The position numbers were made by a program, and so were the translations under genes. A stretch of 24,000 bases of DNA from Actinomycetota bacterium (GTDB taxonomy: Bacteria > Actinomycetota > Thermoleophilia > Miltoncostaeales > Miltoncostaeaceae): contig CAUJCX010000024.1 in assembly GCA_963169235.1 (NCBI GenBank), positions 76,122-100,121 on the forward strand, written 5' to 3'. The notes beneath the pieces were generated by a model, which saw only the letters and a program-made list of their open reading frames with translations, did no database searches and had not been told where the DNA came from. Positions 15,091-23,368 of this stretch are shown piece by piece (the first letter of the stretch is position 1; every line of letters begins with the position of its first letter).

Positions 15091-16434
15091 ATGAGGCAGG
15101 GCGGCGACGACACCGTGGAGCGGGTGCGACGCGCGCGCGGGTGCGTCCGGCGCGTGCTCGTCGCGTCGCTGACCGCCACGTTCGCCGCAGTGGCCGGTGC
15201 CGCGGGCGCGCCGACCGGGGGCGCACCCGTCGGCCTCGCCGAGCCGGCGCCGCAGTTCGTCGCGCCCGGCGGCGAGCTGGTGCTGCACGTGCGCACGACG
15301 CGCGCCGGCGTGCTGCGCGTCACGCGGCGCACCGCGCGGGGGCCGGTGCGGGTGGCGGCCATGCGGGTCGCGGCGGGGCGGGCCCTCACGGTGCGCCACC
15401 GCGTGCGCTCCGGCAACCCCGTGGTCATGGACCTGTCCCTCGACGGCGGCCCCCCGCGAGTGGTGGTGGTGCCGGTGCGGCCCGTGAACATGGTGGCGGT
15501 GGGCGACATCTCGCCGGGGTCGGCGATCTCGATGCTGCGCAGCCGCGGGGCGGCCTGGCAGTGGGAGGCCCTCGGCCCGTGGCTGCGGCAGCAGGACCTG
15601 GCGGTGGGCAACCTCGAGACCGCCATCGGAACCGGTGGGCGGCGCTGGCCCGGCAAGGCGTTCAACTTCATCGCACCGCCGGATGCGGTGCGGGCCGCCG
15701 CGCGCATCGGCGGCATCGACGCCGTCAGCCTCGCCAACAACCACGCCCTCGACTACGGCCGCTCCACGTTCCTCGGGGGCATCCGTGCGCTTGACGGCGC
15801 GGGGGTCGGTCACTTCGGGGGAGGCGCCGACCTCGACCAGGCGCTGGAGCCGTTGATCGTCGAGCGCGGCGGCCTGCGCATCGCGTTCGTCGGGTTCAAC
15901 GACATCCCGCCCGCGGACTTCTGGGCGGGCGCCGGGCGGGCGGGCAACGCGCCGGCGAACCCCGAGGCCGTGCGGACCGCCATCCGGCGCGCATCCGCCC
16001 GCGCGGACGTGGTGGTGGCGTACTTCCACTGGGGCATCGAGTACGAGCGGACCCCCAACGGGCGCCAGCGTGCGTTGGCGTCCACGGCGTTCGCGTCGGG
16101 TGCCGACATCGTCCTGGGCGGGCACCCGCACGTGCTGCAGCCGGTGGAGCGGCGCGGCACCCGGCTCACGGCGTGGAGCCTCGGCAACTTCCTGTTCAGC
16201 CCCGGGAAGCCCCCGGGGACGTACAGCGGAGCGCTGACCATGCAGGTGGACGCGACGGGCGTGCGCGGTTGGCGCATGCACCCGGTGCGGATCATCGACA
16301 CCCGCCCCGTCCTGGTGGGAGGGGCCCCCGGCACGCCTCCCGCGGCCGCGCCACGCCGCACCGGCACCGACGGGTTCGGGCGACCCGGGCGGGACGTCCT
16401 CCCGCTGCGCGACGCGCCCGACGGGGTCGGATAG
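15091..16434 (+). CDS. CapA/PGA_cap-family metallophosphatase-like protein (paralogue 2) with an N-terminal signal or anchor and an extra N-terminal domain
   Basis: ATG at 15091 follows GAGGAGGGGG. The hydrophobic segment is VLVASLTATFAAVAGAAGAP. About 100 extra residues precede the CapA core: MVAVGDISPG, VGNLE, ANNHALDYG, VVAYFHWGIEY, LGGHPHVLQP and WSLGNFLF. Confidence 0.8.
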   Translation: MRQGGDDTVERVRRARGCVRRVLVASLTATFAAVAGAAGAPTGGAPVGLAEPAPQFVAPGGELVLHVRTTRAGVLRVTRRTARGPVRVAAMRVAAGRALTVRHRVRSGNPVVMDLSLDGGPPRVVVVPVRPVNMVAVGDISPGSAISMLRSRGAAWQWEALGPWLRQQDLAVGNLETAIGTGGRRWPGKAFNFIAPPDAVRAAARIGGIDAVSLANNHALDYGRSTFLGGIRALDGAGVGHFGGGADLDQALEPLIVERGGLRIAFVGFNDIPPADFWAGAGRAGNAPANPEAVRTAIRRASARADVVVAYFHWGIEYERTPNGRQRALASTAFASGADIVLGGHPHVLQPVERRGTRLTAWSLGNFLFSPGKPPGTYSGALTMQVDATGVRGWRMHPVRIIDTRPVLVGGAPGTPPAAAPRRTGTDGFGRPGRDVLPLRDAPDGVG

Positions 16435-16458
16435 GCGCCCGGCCCGCGCCCCGGGGGT

Positions 16459-18774
16459 TCAGGCGCCCTGGCCCTCGCGCGCCACGGCCACCACGGCCTG
16501 CCCGTACGCGATGCCGCCGTCGTTGGGAGGCAGGCGCTCGGGCAGCAGCACCGCCGGACCCGCCGCGTCGATCAGCGCCGCCGTGCGCTCCAGCAGCAGG
16601 CGGTTCTGGAACACCCCGCCGGTGAGGACGACCTGGTCCAGGCCGTGGCGGTGGGCGGCGGCGACGCACGCCGCCGCGGTCGCCTGCGCCACCGCCTCGT
16701 GGAAGCGCGCGCTGACGACCCCGACGTCGACGCCGGCGGCGACGTCCCGGGCGAGGGCCGCGACGACCGGGCGGGGGTCGAGCACCCCCGCCTCCTCAGC
16801 CGGCGCGAACGCGTACGCGCCGTCGGGCACGCCGGGAGCCGCGGCCGCCTCCAGCAGCACGGCGGCCTGACCCTCGTACGACGCCCGCGCGCACAGGCCG
16901 CACAGCGCGCCGGCGGCGTCGAACAGCCTCCCCATCGACGTGGTGGGGGTGGACAGGCCGGGGCGGGCGGCCAGCGCACCGACCGCGCGCCAGTCGGCGC
17001 CGGTCACGTCGGCGGCCAGCGCGGGTGGGGGATCGTCGGTGGCGCCGATGGCGGCGTCGAGCCACGCGCGGGCCATGCGCCACGGTTCGCGCACGGCGCG
17101 GGCGCCGCCCGGCAGGGGCACCGGCGCGAGGTGGGCCACGCGCTCGAAGCCCCCCGCGTCGCCCACCAGGATCTCCCCGCCCCAGATGGTGCCGTCGGGG
17201 CCCAGGCCGGTGCCGTCGAACACGGCGCCCACGGCGGCGCCGTCACCCCCGTGCTCGGCCAGGCACGCCACCAGGTGCGCGTGGTGGTGCTGCACGGCGT
17301 GCGCGTCCACGTCGGGGCGCTCCAGCGCCGCCTTGGTGGACAGGTACTCGGGGTGAAGATCGTGCGCCACCGCCCGGGGAGCGACCGCGAACAGGCCCTC
17401 GAAGTGGGCGATGCCCTCGTGGTACGCCGCGTGGGTCTCGGCGTGCTCGAGGTCGCCGATGTGGGGGCCCATCCACGCCCGGGCGCCGCGGACGACGCAG
17501 AACGTGTTCTTCTGCTCGGCCCCCGCGGCGAGGAGGGGGCGGGGCGCCGGTACGGGCAGGGGCAGCGCGGCGGGGACGTAGCCGCGGGAGCGGCGCAGCA
17601 CCATCACGCGGGGACCGTCGGGGTGGGCGACCACGCGGGCGACGGAGTCGTCGGTGCGGGTGCGGATGGGGCGGTCGTGCACGAGGAACGCGTCGGCCAC
17701 GGCGGTGAGGCGCGCCAGGGCGTCGTCGTCGCGGTACGCGATGGGCTCGTCCGACAGGTTGCCGCTGGTCATCACCAGCGCGACGGGCGCCGCGCCGAGC
17801 TGCGCGAGGTCGTCGAACAGCAGCGCGTGCAGCGGCGTGTACGCCAGCATCACCCCCAGCTCGCGCATGCCGGGCGCGACGGCGGGGGCCACCGCGGCCC
17901 CGTCGGCCCGGGGGGCCAGCACGATGGGCCGGGCGGGCGACGCCAGGAGGTCCCGGCCGACCGCGCACAGGTCCACCAGGCCCGCGGCGTCCGCCGCGTC
18001 ACCCACCATCAGCGCGAACGGCTTGTGCTCGCGGTGCTTGCGCGCCCGCAGCCCCGCCACCGCATCGGCGTCGTCGGCCCGGCACGCCAGGTGGTAGCCG
18101 CCGAGGCCCTTGATCGCGACGATGGCCCCGTCGCGCAGGAGGCCCGCGGCCGCCCGCACCGGGTCTCCCGGCGCCTCGGCGCCGGACGCGTCCACCAGGC
18201 GCGCCTGGGGCCCGCACGCGGGACACCCGTTGGGCTGGGCGTGGAACCGGCGGTCCCCCGGGTCGTCGTACTCGGCCTGGCACGCCGGGCACATGGTGAA
18301 GCCGGCCATGGTGGTGCGGGGCCGGTCGTACGGCACGGACGCGATGATCGAGAACCGCGGCCCGCAGTCGGTGCACGTGACGAACGGGTAGCGATGGCGG
18401 CGGTCACCCGGGTCGCGCATCTCGGCCAGGCACGCGGCGCACGCGGCCAGGTCGGGCGACACCGGCACGTCCCCCTCGCCGCCGGGGGGCGACGGGAGGA
18501 TGGCGAAGCCCGCGTCGCCGCGCGGACGGCGGGCGTGCACGGTCACCCGCTCCACCGCGGACGCGGGCGGGGCCTCGGCGCCCAGCCGGTCGAGGAACGC
18601 GTCGACGGCGTCGCGGCGGCCCTCGACCTCCAGCCACACCCCGGCGACGTCGTTGTACACCAGCCCCGCCAGGCCCAGTTCCGTGGCCAGACGATGCACG
18701 AACGGGCGGAATCCGACCCCCTGCACCACGCCCTCGACGCGGACGGCGATGCGGCGCGCGCGAGCGCCCGTCAC
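16459..18774 (-). CDS. hypF: HypF carbamoyltransferase (hydrogenase CN-ligand synthesis)
   Basis: The acylphosphatase domain is RIAVRVEGVVQGVGFRPFVHRLA. Two zinc-finger pairs are present: CAACLAEMRDPGDRRHRYPFVTCTDCGPRFS and CPACQAEYDDPGDRRFHAQPNGCPACGP. They are followed by a YrdC-like domain (IVAIKGLGGYHLAC) and a Kae1-like C-terminal domain. GTG at 18774 overlaps the upstream stop (GTGA). Confidence 0.95.
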   Translation of the reverse strand: MTGARARRIAVRVEGVVQGVGFRPFVHRLATELGLAGLVYNDVAGVWLEVEGRRDAVDAFLDRLGAEAPPASAVERVTVHARRPRGDAGFAILPSPPGGEGDVPVSPDLAACAACLAEMRDPGDRRHRYPFVTCTDCGPRFSIIASVPYDRPRTTMAGFTMCPACQAEYDDPGDRRFHAQPNGCPACGPQARLVDASGAEAPGDPVRAAAGLLRDGAIVAIKGLGGYHLACRADDADAVAGLRARKHREHKPFALMVGDAADAAGLVDLCAVGRDLLASPARPIVLAPRADGAAVAPAVAPGMRELGVMLAYTPLHALLFDDLAQLGAAPVALVMTSGNLSDEPIAYRDDDALARLTAVADAFLVHDRPIRTRTDDSVARVVAHPDGPRVMVLRRSRGYVPAALPLPVPAPRPLLAAGAEQKNTFCVVRGARAWMGPHIGDLEHAETHAAYHEGIAHFEGLFAVAPRAVAHDLHPEYLSTKAALERPDVDAHAVQHHHAHLVACLAEHGGDGAAVGAVFDGTGLGPDGTIWGGEILVGDAGGFERVAHLAPVPLPGGARAVREPWRMARAWLDAAIGATDDPPPALAADVTGADWRAVGALAARPGLSTPTTSMGRLFDAAGALCGLCARASYEGQAAVLLEAAAAPGVPDGAYAFAPAEEAGVLDPRPVVAALARDVAAGVDVGVVSARFHEAVAQATAAACVAAAHRHGLDQVVLTGGVFQNRLLLERTAALIDAAGPAVLLPERLPPNDGGIAYGQAVVAVAREGQGA

Positions 18775-19961
18775 GGCGAAGGCGGCGCCTCGATGAGCCC
18801 GCGCAGGATGTGCATGGCCGTGGCCTGAGCCTCCTGGATGCGGGGGATGTTCTGGCTCGGCGTCACGATGACGTGGTCGGCGAGGCCCTCCGCGACCACC
18901 TTGCCGCCGTCGTAGCCCAGGAACGCCACGGTGGGGAGGCCGTCGCGACGGGCGCGGTCGAGCGCGTGCAGCACGTTGCGCGAACCCCCGCTGGTGGAGA
19001 TGACCACCAGCACGTCACCGGGACGGCCGTGGGCGATCACCTGCCGCGAGAACACGGGCTCGACGCCCACGTCGTTCGAGATGGCGGTGATCACCGCGGG
19101 GGTGGCGGCCAGGTCGATCGCCGGCCGGGGCGTCCAGCCGCGCCCCGGTGGCGGCGAACGCAGGTCGGCGACGAAGTCGGCCGAGTCGGTGGCCGACCCG
19201 CCGTTGCCGGTCACCAGGATGTGGCCGCCCGCGTCCAGCGACGACCGCATGGCCGCGGCCGCCGCCCGCAGGCCGTCGCCGTGGCCGGCCAGCGTGGCCC
19301 GGCGCAGGTCCTGCGTCTCGCGCGCCTTCGCCACCACCGTGTGCTCGACGTCGCGCAGCACCGCGTCGAGGTCGGTCTCCTGGTCGGCGAGGAACGGGTA
19401 CAGAAACGACGAGGCCCCGCTGTCGTGCGCGTGGCTCGCGGTGTTGCCCTCCAGCAGACCGCGGTGCTCGAAGAACACGTGCACCAGCTCCCACAGCACG
19501 TGGTACGTCGTCTCGATGACCTCCTGGCGGATCAGGGGATCGTCGGTGGGCGGCGTGAACGACCACTCGCCGCCACCGTCGGCGCCCATGTGCGTCACCA
19601 GGCAGCCGCGGTCGGCCAGGGCCACCGTCGCCGCCACCAGGCCGGCGTCGTCGCCCAGGGACATCACGATGTCGTCCGCGCCGGCCAGCAGCGCGACCGC
19701 CTGCGGCGAGACCCCCAGCGCGGGCAGCGCCCGCTTGCCGACGATCACGGGGTGGACGAACTCCACCTCCACGTGGGCCGTGTCGGTGAGGCCGGTCTCG
19801 CCGACGGCCACCGCGTACAGGCGCCCACCGCGCGCGAACCGCTCGGCCATCGCGTGGCACAGCCGCGCCAGGCGCGCCGCCTGCGGGGGGAACCATGCCT
19901 CGCTGACCGCCTCGCGCGCGTCGAGTGCGGCGTCGAACGACGTCGGGGCCGACGAGGCCAT
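18771..19961 (-). CDS. Tandem SIS-domain (GmhA/phosphoheptose-isomerase-like) protein embedded in the hyp operon
   Basis: ATG at 19961 shares one nucleotide with the hypE stop (TGATG). The C-terminal half has intact SIS motifs (HILVTGNGGSATDSADF, DVLVVISTSGGSRNV, AFLGYDGG). The N-terminal half has the same layout but a degenerate loop (LYAVAVGETGLTDTAHV). The first 138 codons of the track ORF are Arg/Gly junk over hypE. Confidence 0.8.
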   Translation of the reverse strand: MASSAPTSFDAALDAREAVSEAWFPPQAARLARLCHAMAERFARGGRLYAVAVGETGLTDTAHVEVEFVHPVIVGKRALPALGVSPQAVALLAGADDIVMSLGDDAGLVAATVALADRGCLVTHMGADGGGEWSFTPPTDDPLIRQEVIETTYHVLWELVHVFFEHRGLLEGNTASHAHDSGASSFLYPFLADQETDLDAVLRDVEHTVVAKARETQDLRRATLAGHGDGLRAAAAAMRSSLDAGGHILVTGNGGSATDSADFVADLRSPPPGRGWTPRPAIDLAATPAVITAISNDVGVEPVFSRQVIAHGRPGDVLVVISTSGGSRNVLHALDRARRDGLPTVAFLGYDGGKVVAEGLADHVIVTPSQNIPRIQEAQATAMHILRGLIEAPPSP

Positions 19962-21079
19962 CAGCAGATGCGGGGCAGCGGATCGCCGACCAGCTGGTCC
20001 ATCACCCGGCGGCCGCCGAACCCGGTCTCCACCAGCACCAGGCCCTCGGGCCCGTCCTCCACCTGGCCGAACACCCGGGCCTCCTCGCAGCCCTCCACGC
20101 CGCGCAGGGCGGCCACCGCCGCGTCGGCCCCGGCGGCCGCCACCGCGGCGACGAACGCGCCCTCGTTGGCGACGTACATGGGGTCGATGCCCAGGAGCTC
20201 GGCGGCGCCGGCCACCACCGGCAGCACCGGGACGTCGGCCTCGCGCACCAGCATCGACACGCCCGACGCCTGCGCCAGCTCGTTCAGCACCGACGCGACG
20301 CCCCCGCGGGTCGCGTCGCGCAGGCAGCGCAGGTGGGGGCCCGCCGCGCCCAGCAGGGCGTCGACGGCCGGCCACAGGCAGCGGGTGTCCGAGCGCACGT
20401 CGGCGCCCAGCTCGAACTCCCCGCGTGCCACCATGATCGCGGTGCCGTGCTCGCCGATGCGGCCGGAGATGATGAGGACGTCTCCCGGCACGAGGGCCGA
20501 CGGCGACAGCCGGGCGCGGTCGTCGACGGTGCCGATGCCGGTGGTCGTCATGTAGAGCTGGTCACACGCGCCGCGCTCGACCACCTTGGTGTCGCCGCCC
20601 AGGATCTCGATGCCCGCCGTGCGGGCGGCGCGGGCCACGGCCTCGACCTCCTCGCGCAGCACGTCGCTCGCGAGCCCCTCCTCCATGATGAGCGACAGCG
20701 TCATGCCGCCCGGACGCGCGCCGGCCATCGCGAGGTCGTTGACCGTGCCGTTCACGGCCAGCTCGCCGATGGAGCCGCCCGGGAAGCGCAGCGGCTTCAC
20801 CACGAACGCATCGCACGTCATCGCCAGCCGCGCGCCGCCCAGCTCGATGACGCCCGCGTCGGCCAGCTCCTTGAGCGCCGGCGACGCGAACGTGGGCGCC
20901 AGGAGCCCCTCGATCAGCGTCGCGGTGGCCTTACCCCCCGCACCGTGCGCCATGGTGATGCGCTCGTCGCGGAAGCGGGCGTCCTTGCCCCGGGCCGTGC
21001 CGATGATGCGGTGGACGGTGTCCTTGCGTTCGCTCAGCCGCGCCTGGCGGTCGCCGTCGTCCGCCTGGTCGCCGCTCAC
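19961..21079 (-). CDS. hypE: HypE (carbamoyl dehydratase; thiocyanate-forming maturation protein)
   Basis: GTG at 21079 overlaps the hypD stop (GTGA). Supporting motifs are ITMAHGAGGKAT, the AIR-synthase-like fold motif GGDTKVV, and the diagnostic C-terminal PRIC. Confidence 0.9.
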   Translation of the reverse strand: MSGDQADDGDRQARLSERKDTVHRIIGTARGKDARFRDERITMAHGAGGKATATLIEGLLAPTFASPALKELADAGVIELGGARLAMTCDAFVVKPLRFPGGSIGELAVNGTVNDLAMAGARPGGMTLSLIMEEGLASDVLREEVEAVARAARTAGIEILGGDTKVVERGACDQLYMTTTGIGTVDDRARLSPSALVPGDVLIISGRIGEHGTAIMVARGEFELGADVRSDTRCLWPAVDALLGAAGPHLRCLRDATRGGVASVLNELAQASGVSMLVREADVPVLPVVAGAAELLGIDPMYVANEGAFVAAVAAAGADAAVAALRGVEGCEEARVFGQVEDGPEGLVLVETGFGGRRVMDQLVGDPLPRIC

Positions 21080-22194
21080 GACACCAGTTGCTTCTCGCGG
21101 TTGAAGCGCCCGAAGTTGTAGTACGCCGCGCACGCACCCTCGCTGGACACCATGCACGTGCCGATGGGCGTCTCGGGCGTACACGCCGACCCGAACACCT
21201 TGCACTCGTAGGGTTTGATGACCCCCTTCAGCACCTCACCGCACTGGCAGGCCTTCGGGTCGGCGACGCGCACGCCCGGCACCGTGAAGCGCTGCTCGGC
21301 GTCCTGGTCGGCGTAGTCGTCGCGAATCGCGAGGCCCGACTGCGAGATGAAGCCCAGGCCGCGCCACTCGAAATGCGGTCGCAGCGCGAACACCTCGGCC
21401 AGCACGCGCATGGCGTTGGGGTTGCCCTCCCACGGCACGACGCGGGTGTACTGGTTCTCCACCTCGCAGCGGCCCTCCGCCAGCTGGGTCAGCAGCATGC
21501 AGACCGACTGCATGACGTCGGTGGGCTCGAAGCCGCTGATGACCACCGGCTTCTTGTAGTCGGCGGGCAGGAACCCGAACGGGCGGGCGCCGACCACCGT
21601 CGACACGTGGCCCGGCCCCAGGAAGCCGTCCAGGCGCAGGTCGGGCGACTCCATCAGGGCCCGCAGCGGGGGCACGATGGTGACGTGGTTGCAGAAGACC
21701 GAGAAGTTGGTGATGCCCTCGGCCCGCGCGCGGATCATGGTGAGCGCCGTGGACGGGGCCGTGGTCTCGAAGCCGACGGCGAAGAACACCACCTGGCGGT
21801 CGGGGTTCTCGCGGGCCAGGCGCAGCGCGTCCAGCGGCGAGTAGACCATGCGCACGTCGGCGCCCTCGGCCTTCGCGTGCAGCAGCGTGGCGTCGGATCC
21901 GGGCACGCGCATCATGTCGCCGAAGCACGTGAAGATGACCTCGGGCCGACGGGCGATGTCGAGGGCGTCGTCCACCCGCCCCATGGGGATGACGCACACG
22001 GGGCAGCCGGGTCCGTGCACCAGCTCGACGTTGTCGGGCAGCAGGTCCTCGAGGCCGTACTTGTAGATGGAGTGGGTGTGACCGCCGCACACCTCCATCA
22101 CCTTGTAGTGGTGACCCGGGTCCGCGAGCTCGCGGATCTGGTGGGCCAGGGCGCGCCCCAGCTCGGGGTTGCGGAACTCGCTGACGAACCTCAT
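21076..22194 (-). CDS. hypD: HypD (Fe-S scaffold for Fe(CN)2CO assembly)
   Basis: ATG at 22194 follows GGGGGAG. Family motifs are MEVCGGHTH, HGPGCPVCV, GFETTAP and GPGHVST, plus the C-terminal Cys cluster (CQCGEVLKG ... CTPETPIGTCMVSSEGACAAYY). Confidence 0.95.
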   Translation of the reverse strand: MRFVSEFRNPELGRALAHQIRELADPGHHYKVMEVCGGHTHSIYKYGLEDLLPDNVELVHGPGCPVCVIPMGRVDDALDIARRPEVIFTCFGDMMRVPGSDATLLHAKAEGADVRMVYSPLDALRLARENPDRQVVFFAVGFETTAPSTALTMIRARAEGITNFSVFCNHVTIVPPLRALMESPDLRLDGFLGPGHVSTVVGARPFGFLPADYKKPVVISGFEPTDVMQSVCMLLTQLAEGRCEVENQYTRVVPWEGNPNAMRVLAEVFALRPHFEWRGLGFISQSGLAIRDDYADQDAEQRFTVPGVRVADPKACQCGEVLKGVIKPYECKVFGSACTPETPIGTCMVSSEGACAAYYNFGRFNREKQLVS

Positions 22195-22406
22195 CGGTCT
22201 CCCCCTTGCAGACGGGTCAGGGCCGTGGCCGCATGCACCAGCAGCACGTCGCCCGGGGAGACGTCGCCCACCAGGGCGGTCTCCACCTCTTCGCGGACGC
22301 CGCCGCCCGCATCGCACACCGCCAGGCCGGTGCCGCGGTCCCACTCCAGCACCGTCATCTCACAGCCCTCGTCCGAACAGGTGATGCAGTGGAACGGCTC
22401 GTTCAT
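22191..22406 (-). CDS. Atypical HypC/HupF-like protein (internal CxxC instead of N-terminal Cys)
   Basis: There are ATGA overlaps at both ends (22406/22403 and 22194/22191). The protein starts MNEPFHCITCSDEGCEM rather than MCLxxP. The C-terminal core VSPGDVLLVHAATALTRL matches the HypC core. Length is 71 aa and GC3 is high. Confidence 0.65.
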   Translation of the reverse strand: MNEPFHCITCSDEGCEMTVLEWDRGTGLAVCDAGGGVREEVETALVGDVSPGDVLLVHAATALTRLQGGDR

Positions 22407-22681
22407 GCGTCGACGCTGTCGCGGATCTCGGCCATCTCCAGCTCGAACTCCTCGCCCATGTCCTGCAGCAGGCGCAGCGTCGCCGCCGCCTCGTGCTCGT
22501 CGATGACCGACATGGCGAAGCCCACGTGCACCAGCACCCAGTCGCCGGGCTGCACGCCCTGGCCGGGTCCGTCCACCAGGCTCACGTTGGTGCTGCGGCG
22601 GACGCCCGCGATGTCCACCAGGGCGAGACCGTCATCGGCCGCTGTGATCTCCACGACCTGCCCCGGGATCGCAAGGCACAT
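22403..22681 (-). CDS. hypC: HypC/HupF-family hydrogenase maturation chaperone (copy 2, first gene of the minus-strand hyp operon)
   Basis: ATG at 22681 gives MCLAIPGQVVEI. The core is PGDWVLVHVGFAMSVIDEHEA. The 17 extra N-terminal codons in the track ORF are not supported. Confidence 0.9.
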   Translation of the reverse strand: MCLAIPGQVVEITAADDGLALVDIAGVRRSTNVSLVDGPGQGVQPGDWVLVHVGFAMSVIDEHEAAATLRLLQDMGEEFELEMAEIRDSVDA

Positions 22682-22719
22682 GCCCGCCGCCTTTCGTGCT
22701 GATTGCCACGTATGCACGG

Positions 22720-22748
22720 ACGCTACGGCCATGCGCGCGCCGGGTCAA
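22720..22748 (-). promoter_or_regulatory. Candidate housekeeping-sigma promoter for the hypC-hypF operon
   Basis: The minus strand reads TTGACC (22748-22743), a 17-nt spacer, then TAGCGT (22725-22720). This lies about 38 nt upstream of the hypC ATG at 22681. It matches the actinobacterial TTGACN / TANNNT pattern. No experimental support. Confidence 0.4.
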
Positions 22749-22808
22749 GCACGACGAACGTCCCCCACCACGCGCGCCGACGGGCCCGCGGTGTAGCGTC
22801 ATCCCACC

Positions 22809-23261
22809 ATGACCCACTCGCACAACGTGCCGGCGCGCCAGGTGCGCTCGGCGGAGGAGGCCGCGAGGGTGATGCGGGCGGCGGGGCTGCGCGTGACCGC
22901 GTCGCGCCGGGCGGTGGCCCAGGCCCTGTTCGCCGCGTCCGACCCCCTCACCGCGGAGCAGATCGCGGAGGCGACCGGGGGCGATCCGGCCTCGGTGTAC
23001 CGCAACCTCGACACGCTGGAGGGACTGGGGCTGGTGCGCCACGTGCACCTGGGTCACGGCCCCGGGTGCTACTCACCCACGGCGCAGGACGAGCGCGAGT
23101 ACCTGGTATGCGAGGAGTGCGGCGACCGGCTGGCGCTGCCCGCCGCGCGGCTCGATGCGGTGCGCGCCGTGGTACGCGACGAGTTCGGCTTCGAGGCCCG
23201 GTTCTCGCACTTCCCCATCGTCGGGCGCTGCGCGCGCTGCGCCGCCGCGTCGCCGGGCTGA
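22809..23261 (+). CDS. Fur-family metalloregulator (candidate nickel-responsive, Nur-like by context)
   Basis: The winged-helix region is RVTASRRAVAQALFAASDPLTAEQIAEA...SVYRNLDTLEGLGLV. The metal-site motif is HLGHGPGCY, and the structural zinc pairs are CEECG and CARC. It lies directly upstream of a NiCoT permease. Confidence 0.85.
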   Translation: MTHSHNVPARQVRSAEEAARVMRAAGLRVTASRRAVAQALFAASDPLTAEQIAEATGGDPASVYRNLDTLEGLGLVRHVHLGHGPGCYSPTAQDEREYLVCEECGDRLALPAARLDAVRAVVRDEFGFEARFSHFPIVGRCARCAAASPG

Positions 23262-23303
23262 GCCGCCACGACCCCGGGCTCCCGCTGCGCGAGTCGATCG
23301 CTA

Positions 23304-23333
23304 TTGCAACGCTGCCGCAGTAAGCCGTAGGAT
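23304..23333 (+). promoter_or_regulatory. Candidate promoter of the NiCoT gene with an overlapping Nur-box-like TTGCAA half-site
   Basis: TTGCAA (23304-23309), an 18-nt spacer, then TAGGAT (23328-23333) sit in the only AT-richer patch of the 107-bp spacer. The ATG is at 23369 with GGGAG at 23356-23360. TTGCAA-cgctg-ccGCAg resembles the tTGCaa-N5-ttGCAA Nur box I recall from Streptomyces. Confidence 0.35.
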
Positions 23334-23368
23334 CGCCGCACCTTCGGCCCCCACGCGGGAGCACCCGC

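Noticed and set aside
14071-16281. 736-aa minus-strand ORF over hypC, the unknown gene and the CapA paralogue
   Set aside because: Same reasoning. There are no recognisable domains and the composition is extreme in Arg/Pro/Gly, while the plus strand carries motif-supported genes.
16438-16455. Possible bidirectional terminator between the convergent CapA paralogue and hypF
   Set aside because: Only a 5-bp CCCGG/CCGGG stem with an 8-nt loop in a 24-nt gap. Too weak to call.
16645-20555. 727-aa and 581-aa plus-strand ORFs antisense to hypF, the SIS gene and hypE
   Set aside because: They mirror well-supported minus-strand genes, have low-complexity products and no start context. Treated as GC artefacts.
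23262-23368. Checked for a metal or cobalamin riboswitch upstream of the NiCoT permease
   Set aside because: The spacer is only 107 nt and the predicted 5' UTR about 30 nt. That is too short for a NiCo or B12 riboswitch, and I saw no conserved helices.
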